Origin: Octopus bimaculoides
Taxonomy: Eukaryota
Length of the DNA: 33,796 nt
Assembly: GCF_001194135.2 (NCBI RefSeq)
Contig: NC_068989.1
Coordinates: forward strand, 30,974,776-31,008,571
Direction: 5' to 3'
Position numbers and translations under genes: made by a program. The notes under the pieces are model-generated. The model had not been told where the DNA came from. It made no database searches and was given only the letters and a program-made list of their open reading frames with translations. Of this stretch, positions 13,801-22,800 are shown piece after piece. Positions within the stretch are counted from its first letter, which is position 1, and every line of letters begins with the position of its first letter.

Positions 13801-16800
13801 GAAATAATACTTGTTGATGACTTCAGCAATCAATGTAAGCAATATTTGTTCTTTTGTACTGTTGACCTTGGACTTAACTGCAGCAAAAAAATGTCATAGA
13901 CTTTTTGTTCAATTCACATATTTTTCATCTCATACCCACACCAATGTGTGTGTGTGCATGCACACACATGCATATGTGCATGCATGTGTGCATGCATGCA
14001 TTTGTGTGTGCGTGATGTGCTTCTGCAGAGTTTCCATCTGGCAGTGTTTCATGCACAAGGCTTTGGTCAACTTGAAGATGTGGTAGAAAATACTGTCTGA
14101 AGGTGCCACACAATGAAAAGCATGTAGTTTCAGAATTAACTTATTAACTATTCAGCCATGCTTACACACATAATGAATAGCATAACTTCTCATTGCTTCC
14201 CAGTGAAAAATTTCAGATTATATGTAGGTAAAATCTTCAAATATCTACATCACCATCATCATTATCATTTAACATCCATGTTTCATACTGACATGGGTTG
14301 GACAGTTTGACAGGAACTGATGTGGTCAAAGAATGCATTGAGATTCCATGTCTGCTTTGATATGGTTTTTCATGGATGGATGCCCTTCCTAACACCAACA
14401 CTTTACAACTGGATGCTTTTTTTTCATGCCACTATTGAGGTGGCCATGCAGTTTACAGGACTACAAGCCTAGGGGTCGGTGATGGATCAGCTTCATGCTA
14501 GTGGATGAGGGAATTACTATGAGATAATTGGGGCAGAGTAGGTTCCAGCAGAGGGATCTGCATGGCTATTCAAAAACAAACATTGGGGTGGGGGAGAATG
14601 AGCAGTAGGAACTGCAAGACATTGATAATGGTGATAAGGTGCTCAGGTATCCCCATAATGCACAAGCTGTGTAGGAAAGGGTGGATGAGTGGTTTCTAAG
14701 ATTGTATGGGGAAGGCTGAAAGAAGGCTGATTGGAGATCCAGAAAAGGGGGACCACAAGTAGCAGGAATAGGGAACCACAAGCAGATAAATAGATACAGT
14801 TGCTGGGGAGTGGAGAGGACAAGAGATAGACATAGTGCATGAGGAGAGTCTTTGTAATGAGTGGACAACCCAAAATATAGTGCTTCCAGAACTTAGTCTT
14901 GCTGAGGTAGGCTGGTATTTTTGAGAACCTCTTATCACAAGAACTCCCAGCCCTTTGTCATTTCATCTCTCAGGTTCAAGGTCCTAAGGTCAGCTTTCAC
15001 TTCTTCATCCCATATCTTCCTCTTCTACATGTTCCAGCCACATTAAACGAACAGCACCTCTTTATACAGCTATTCTCATTCATATGCATCACATGACCAT
15101 ACCACCTCAATCTTCTTTATTGAACACCATATTCTTCTTTTCTTCTAGTAGCCTTGCTTGTGGGACATACGCTGAGATAAATGTCACTATTGTCTTGCCA
15201 TTAGTTAGTCTTAACTTAATAATCCTATCACACACCCTGACTATCTCTATTACCTTATCTACCCTCTCTCTCAGCTAACAGTACTCCACCCCTGCTATCA
15301 CTATTGCTCACTCAGAAGTGTTTGAACTGCTGTCTTCTACCCATGGGAAGTTTGGTTGAAGATCCCCTCTGTCTTACCTCTTGCACACGATGCACATCCA
15401 CTCGTCTCTCCTCCAGCATCTCTACAATTTTGCTAGGCCTATTTTTCATTGTGCCTATGTTTGAAGTTGCTTCTCTAATGTTTTAGAACTTATATAAGAA
15501 GGAGGCCTATCTTCTATGGTAAAGCTACTCATTCTAGCTGCATCTGTACCAGTGGGGAATAAGAGAAGTTGTGCTATACCCGGCCAAATAGAGTATGATC
15601 CAAATGTCATAATGCAATAATGAGTAATTATTGTGATGAGAGGAGACTGTGACAACTGTTGCTAGTGCTGGCATGGACCTAGTGGCCTGATATGGGATGA
15701 GTACAGACATAGGAAATGGAGGTGGAAACTTGCTACAAACTGAGAAAAATATGAGAGAGAAAGAGGAAGACTTCCAGTATAAGTGGTTGGGGTAGCTATG
15801 AGTAGGTGCACTGCAAACATTCAGTCTTTCACCTTTCATGGAGATGAACAGCCGGTGATCTTGAAGGAGAGAGAAACAAGTGCAAGAACATTGCCATAAG
15901 GTGAAGCATTAGAATTAACATTAGTAATATAACAACATAATAATAATGGTTTCATATTTTGGTATAAGGCCAGCAATTCAATGGATTACATTGACTCCAG
16001 TGTCCAGGTGGTACTTATTTTATCGACCCCCAAAAGGATGAAATACAAGATCAACCTCAGCGGAATTTGAATTCAGAATGTAAAGATGGACCAAATGCCA
16101 GTAAGCATTTTGACCAACATGCTAATGGTTTTACCAGTTCGCCACCTTAGATAATAATAACAATAATCCTGAATACTGAGCTGAACTCCCAGAATAGAAT
16201 TGAAGCTATAAACTTTTTGGTGGTAGCAGTTATCCAGTATAGTCTTAATATCATTAATTGGAATTTGAATAAACTCTAACATACGGACATAGAGACTAGG
16301 ATACTGCTGACATTAAACAGGATGTATCACCCAAGACCAGACACCTGCAGGCTCTATCTCCCATGAAAGGAGGGTGGTAGAGGCCTAATCCAATTTGAAA
16401 CATCCTATTAAACCATCACAACAGGACTTGAAATGCACATCCAAAGTAACACCAACTGGATGATACAACTGGTAAGCCAACACGAACAGGGTAGGAAACT
16501 GCACTCAATCTCAAAGGAGGAATATAAATACAGACAAGAGCTTAACCTAAGAACATGATGATAGTAATGAGGACACACCACCTACTAAGGCAACAAAAAG
16601 TGTAAGATAAAAGCCAAACAGGAAAACTTGAAGGAAATTTTGAGACTGGCAAGAAAAACCATTACATGAGTAATGCCCCAAAGGAGCTGGGGACCTGATG
16701 TAGATAGAAGAATCCATCAATGGTTGCAGAGCACTGGTTGAAAGTCAGAACAAAAGGATTTATCCAAGCAGTACAAAATTAGAGTCTCCTCACTCGGAAC

Positions 16801-19800
16801 TATCAAGCTAATATCTTGCACAATGTGTAGACTCTGTAATGACAAATTTGAGAGCACTGACCACATTGTTGCCAGTTGCTCAGTCCTTGTACTGGAGCAT
16901 AAGCTGTTACAATTATATTTCACAGCCTAAGAACTATTGGGTTGAGGAATAATTCGTGAGTGTTTTTTTCGAATTCATTTTAAACAAAATAACTACAACA
17001 AATTCAATTAAACCTTGGGAGAGGCATCATGCCGGTAATAAACACACGCACTGGTTCAGTCCTTTATTAATTTATAAACAGTATTTAGTTTGTTTTTTTT
17101 ATTAAATCATTTCAGTGCACTCTTGCAATCTCTTCAGTAACTTGTCTCTCCACTTCCGTTTATTTTGAATGTATGATTTAGCGTTGTTTTGAAATTGTCC
17201 GGTATGAGCATGTGAGTGTGTGCATGCTCGTATGTGTGCACGCACATATGTGTTCGTGCTTATATGCAAGTATGTGCGTTCATATCAGATAAGATAGAGA
17301 CTTTGGACTTGGTTTTGGTTTCCTTTCTGTTGTTTTCTGTTTTCTTCGTAAATGCATTTTTTTTTATTTACGTTCACGTTCTGTATTTTATGTGTGAACA
17401 ACGTCTGCAACCATGGGTAATTGTAAGGCCTTTATCTACGTGTACTTGCTATTCAAAATTGGTTGTGTTTCCGTTATGAGGACTGACTCTTGTATTTGCC
17501 GTAACGATGCATCATCAGGGTGTCTAGACAGGATTTCTATGCTAATCCGGTTCAGTACACCACCATGTTGTTCTTTGGCATGCTGGTATCAACAAATTAA
17601 TATCTTAATAATGCTGGTACAACAAATTAATATCTTAATAATACTAAAACTCTAGAGATGTTTGTGTGTACCTGAAATATCTCAGAAATAGTATATTTTA
17701 TCTTAATTTTTTTTACATATTTATTTTCATACTTACTTTCGGCAGTGCAGTAAAAATTTTTGTGATATTTGAACCTCTATTTGTTAATGAAAATGATTAA
17801 ACACAATTTTTGTTTGTTATTTCTTGATGAAAAATAAACATGGCTTCCATGACGTCAACACACAGAATACACACACATATAAGGAATGTCATGGCATGTC
17901 AATCAATGCAAACACACATCTACTATCTGTGACATGTACACATACATAATCTTCGCGCTCTCTAAGAAAAAGAAATGTCGATTTTTTGACATACACAATA
18001 TTTTAATCATTTAGAAATATTTTAACTGAATGTGATTTCAAAAATGTAAGTTGTTTGTACAGTAAGTATTTATATTTTAGCTTTCTTTTTAAACAGTCAA
18101 TATTCTAATGTTTTTTAAAATTATTTTCAAGTGAATGGTAATCTTTTGCTTACCATCCGCAGTTTCTTAATTTCTGTAAAAAAAATTTATTTATTTACTT
18201 TTGTTTTAAAGTGAAAGATATATGTACGTGTATATGAAATGAACATGTGTGTGTGAAAGAAAGAGAGAGGAAGAGAAAAGAGAGAAAGAGGAAAGAGAGA
18301 GAGTGAGTGAAGAGGTGTGTTGTCATTATATGTACGTACACCAATACATATGCATACATCTTTTTTGTATGTACATGCGCATGTGTGGAAGAGAGTGAGT
18401 AACGTGCGTGTTCTCATGTATGTGTAAGTGCCATACACTCTCTCTCTCTCTCTCACACACATACACATCCATTTCATATACACATTCATACATGTTTCAC
18501 TTTCTCCTCTCTTTCACTTTAAAACAAAAGTAAATAAATAAAAATTTTTAAGGAAATTAATGAACAAAACCAGCTGATCCAGATGACAGCTCTGAGAGCC
18601 AAAACGAAAGATCACCCCAAGGGAATAGCATTACAAAATTTTTTTCGAGTGCATTCAACATATCTCAGCCCCAAAGATTTGGCTGCTATTTCTAGCACAC
18701 CTTGCTACCACATAACAGCTATTTGCGATAAAGGACCCAAAATACCTGTTACGTGGTACCAGGGTGTGCAAGAAATAGCAGCCAAGTCTTTCCTTTTCTG
18801 GGGAAAAGAGCCGTTTACACGTAACTTCAATGTCACATTCATTGAAAGCATACGAAATAACCTGGAAAAGAAAAAAAGCACAAACAAAATTTTGTTGCTG
18901 GGAAACTCAGACTTTCCAGGTGACCCAATGGGTCACAGGTAGTCTAGTACTCTTTGTTGTTGTTTACGACTTTCTCCCATCATTCAATAAGTTTGTCGAT
19001 GCCTCAGTGATAGAAATCTCCCAGTCTTGACACAAAGAATTCATCTGACCAAGCCCTCAATTCCATGTCATTATTGAATGTTACACTGTGCAAAACGGTC
19101 AAAAGAGATGAAAATCTGACAGCACCAAGTCTGGAGAGTATGGAGGATGAGGCAGCACTTCCCATTCAAGTTCTTGAAGCGCAGCTTTGATGATAGTGAT
19201 GTGAGAACAGGTGTTGTCATGTTGCAGAAGAATGCCATTTCACCTATTCAGTCTTTTTTTGCTGAATTACTTTGTTGAATTGGTGCAGTTGTTGAACGTA
19301 GAGTTCTGCATTGAGTGTTTGGTTGTGTTCAAGCAGTTCATAATGAATTATGCCTTTCCAGTACCACTATATATACATGGTCTTTCGAGGATGAAGGTCT
19401 TGTTTTGCTCATGGAGTCACTTGTTTGTCAGAGCTGAGTCATTCTTTTCGCTGTTTCATATTGACTTAAAGGCACCATTTTTCATCACCGGTGACAATGC
19501 AGTAAAGGAAATGCTGATTGTGACTATATGTTGAGCAATGTCAAGCGAGTAAACTGGCAGCGATTGTAGAGCGTTGATTTTTGCTGTTTTCACTCAAAGT
19601 GTGTGGCACTCAAGTGCTGAGTTTCTGAACCTTGCCCATTGAGTGAAGGTGGTTCACCACAGTTTATTGATCACAATCCATCTGCTCCGCCAATTCTCTG
19701 GTCGTTTGATGTGGATTTTTGTGAAGAAGTCAATTCAATCACTCTTCTTCAAACTTAACTGGTCAACTGGTATGTGATCCATCCTTGAGGTCAAAATTCC

Positions 19801-22800
19801 TATTTTTAAAGCATGAAAACCAACAGCAGGCAGTACTTTGAGGCATTGCTTCTTCTCCATACACAGCATAAATCTCATGAGCAGTTTTGGCAGTCTTAAC
19901 ACCTCTATTAAATACAAAAAATAAATGGTGTCAAAGATGTTCAGTTTTGTCCACTTGACATTCCATTTTAATGATCTGAAACTACACAAAAATCAATAAA
20001 ACTAAAAAATCAAAACACAGTATCTTTAGAGCAAAAAATTCTTTTTTAAATAACATAAAACATTTTACCAATGCATTTTATTTCTGTGTGCATTTCAGTT
20101 TGAAAAAAATGCTCATGAATTATTCCTCAACCCAATAGTATGAACACCATCCACAACTAGTCACTGAGACTATGAGATGCATACAAACAGGCAAATAAAT
20201 GATAACATGCCAAATATTGTCATCAAAGACCTAAAACAAAGAACATACCTGTTAATTGGTATGATGGTGCCTACTGATAGAAACATTTCAGTAAAAGAAT
20301 TTGAAAAGCTATCAAAATACAAGGACCTTGAGATTGAGCCACCTAGGACATGGCAGTTAAAAACCAAAACCATCCCTGTTGTTGTGGGTGCCCTGGGAAT
20401 GATCAAGAAAGGTACTGATAAATTTTTTGACCATATCCCAGGGAAACCAACAATCTATAAGCTTAGAAAAATTGTACTGGCATCAACCGCTCACCTCCTC
20501 AGGTGTGCCAGTGTCACATAAGAGAATCCGTGCTAGTTCCATGTAAAAGTGCCTGTGCTTGTGCCACATAAAAGCACCCAGCACACTCTATAAAGTGGTT
20601 GGTGTTAGGAAGGCCATCCAGCTGTAGAAACTATGTGAAAACAGACAAATGGAGCTTGGGCAGCTCTTCAGCTGGCCAGCTCCTGTCAAACTGTCCAACT
20701 CGTGCCAGCATGAAAACTAGACATTAAATGATGATGATGATTAAAATACTCTTTTATCAGAGGATATATCACAGATTTGTTTATTAATGTTTACTAGATT
20801 TTTTTAAATTATGGAGTTAAAGATAATATGTTTTAAAGTTTCATTGAATTTTTCTTTGTTTATATTTAGAATTACATCTAAGAAATTTTTAATATTGATG
20901 TTAGCAGAAACTGTAATTTTTAAGATGTACCAGATCTTCTTTATGCAGCTGACCATACTGACCTGAAAGAGATGTTTCCCAATGTGAAAGTTTTCAGAAC
21001 AACAAAACGTGAAGGTTTAATCAGAGCACGTTTATTTGGAGCTTCAAAAGCTACTGGTCAGGTATTAAACATCTACACTTTTCTATAAGTTCCATTCAGA
21101 AACCACGTAAAAGGAACTTTTTACAACATATTAAAGCCTTAAGTTAACAGAATTAAACTGGACTTGGGGGATTACAATGCACCTTTATTGACAAAGACAT
21201 AATATTTTCAACATATATTTTTTATTGTATTAATTTTTTTTTTTTTCAATGTAAAAGCTCATTGTGTGATTCATATTTAAAGATCAGTAATTTTAACTGG
21301 AGTATTATAGTGAGTTTCTGAATGATATCCAAATGAAATTGGAGCATACCATAAAAATGGTATACCACTGTTTATTTCCCTTTCAGAAAGGAGGAAAAAA
21401 CATAGACGAATATACATACCATAAGACGAGAAATATCTATATATATCATTCTACTGTACAAATAAGTACACAATAGTGTTAAAAAGTGATTGCTACAGAA
21501 TATGGATTAGTTATAGACTGTTGCAGACCACCCCTTTATTTCTCATTCTCTCTTGTTGTATTGGCATTTGTAACTTACATTCTCTTTCTTACAAGCTCTG
21601 TCTTTAACTGTGTTTTCTCCTTTGTCCTGTTAGAAAACAACATTGACATTATAGTTATTTCTTGTTTTCTCTTAGACTGCAGTGATGCAGGGGCACTACC
21701 TTAAAGAATTTTAGCCATACAAACTAACCCCAGTTCTTATTTTTCTTGTTAGGAGCTTCATAAACCCATCCACCATTGGAGCTTCTGTTTCTTTATTTTT
21801 CCCCTCTCTTTCCATTAACTACATCTCACCTTCCTCTTTCACAAGCTACTTACATTTGGCTTCTAAAGGAGAGTAGAGAGACATTACATACACACTCGTA
21901 TATAATTTGAAAGTTATTTATATTTAATTAACAAAAATTTTTAATCTTCTGATTAAAAGAAACTGAATAAATTAGAATTGCAATCTTTTAAAGTTGAAGT
22001 TATTTTGCTTTACATTTTAGGTACTGATATTTCTGGATAGCCATATTGAAGTAAACGTTGGTTGGTTACCTCCACTACTATCTCCTATCGCCAAAGATCG
22101 TAAAACTGTTACCATCCCATTTGTAGACACAATCAACTGTAATACATTTGATTATACTGCGTCACCTCGGGTACGTGGCGGTTTCAACTGGGGTTTACAT
22201 TACCAATGGGACCCATTACCATCAAAGTTCAACAAAGTCTCCCCTGCTGCACCAATTCCGTGTGTATAATTTTATTTATTCCCAGTCAAACTGCTTACAT
22301 TATGCAATATGAAATTCCCTCTAATAGTTTTTGTTCATTTGTTTGTTTTAAATCTATTTTGCTATGCTTGCCTTACTGTGGGTAGAGTGATAGTGTAATT
22401 GTTTTTACAGTTGGATTCTTTTCCTATTGGTCAGCATATAACTGAGCAGTAGGAATAGAAACTGTTGTCAGACAAACTGAGTCGGGTTATGTTGTGCATT
22501 TAAAAAATTTTTTTTTTTTTTTTTTAGTAATCACCTTTGAAATCGTACCACATGGTCAGATTATAATTTTGACTTTGTAGCTATTGTGCCTTACCATTAA
22601 ATCTTGGATTATTTGGTTATCTATTTTTTTAAAAAGTAATTTAATTCCCACCAAGAACTGTTAAAACTATTTAGAATCACAGGCATATGGCATAGTGGTT
22701 AAGAGCACAGGCTACTAACCCCAAGATTCCGAGTTCAATTCCAGGCAGTAACCTGAATAATAATAATAGTAATAATAATAATAATAATAACAATAATAAT

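Larger units (their letters stand above)
16937..20135 (-). mobile_element. Mariner (DD34D) element carrying a ~1.9-kb internal insertion
   Basis: TIRs TTGGGTTGAGGAATAATTC(G/A)TGAG..TTTTTTTC at 16937-16970 and 20102-20135. TA TSDs at 16935-16936 and 20136-20137. The transposase pseudogene at about 18944-19966 has [17 protein letters not shown] and HPPYSPDL motifs with stops. Confidence 0.95.

Noticed and set aside
17485-17525. Fourth hammerhead candidate (minus-strand CUGAUGAUGC...GCAAAU)
   Set aside because: G12 is absent, there is no stem III or cleavage triplet, and no strand complementary to the GACACC upstream of the core.
17580-17641. ~31-nt tandem duplication (ATGCTGGTA..AACAAATTAATATCTTAATA x2)
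   Set aside because: Real, but an ordinary slippage duplication with no further structure.
18583-18942. 119-aa ORF as a captured gene
   Set aside because: No recognisable domain. Its similarity to the opposite-strand ORF 18705-18887 simply reflects the 46-bp hairpin.
22680-22755. tRNA gene
   Set aside because: It has A and B boxes but no complete cloverleaf, and it lies inside a TSD-bounded SINE.
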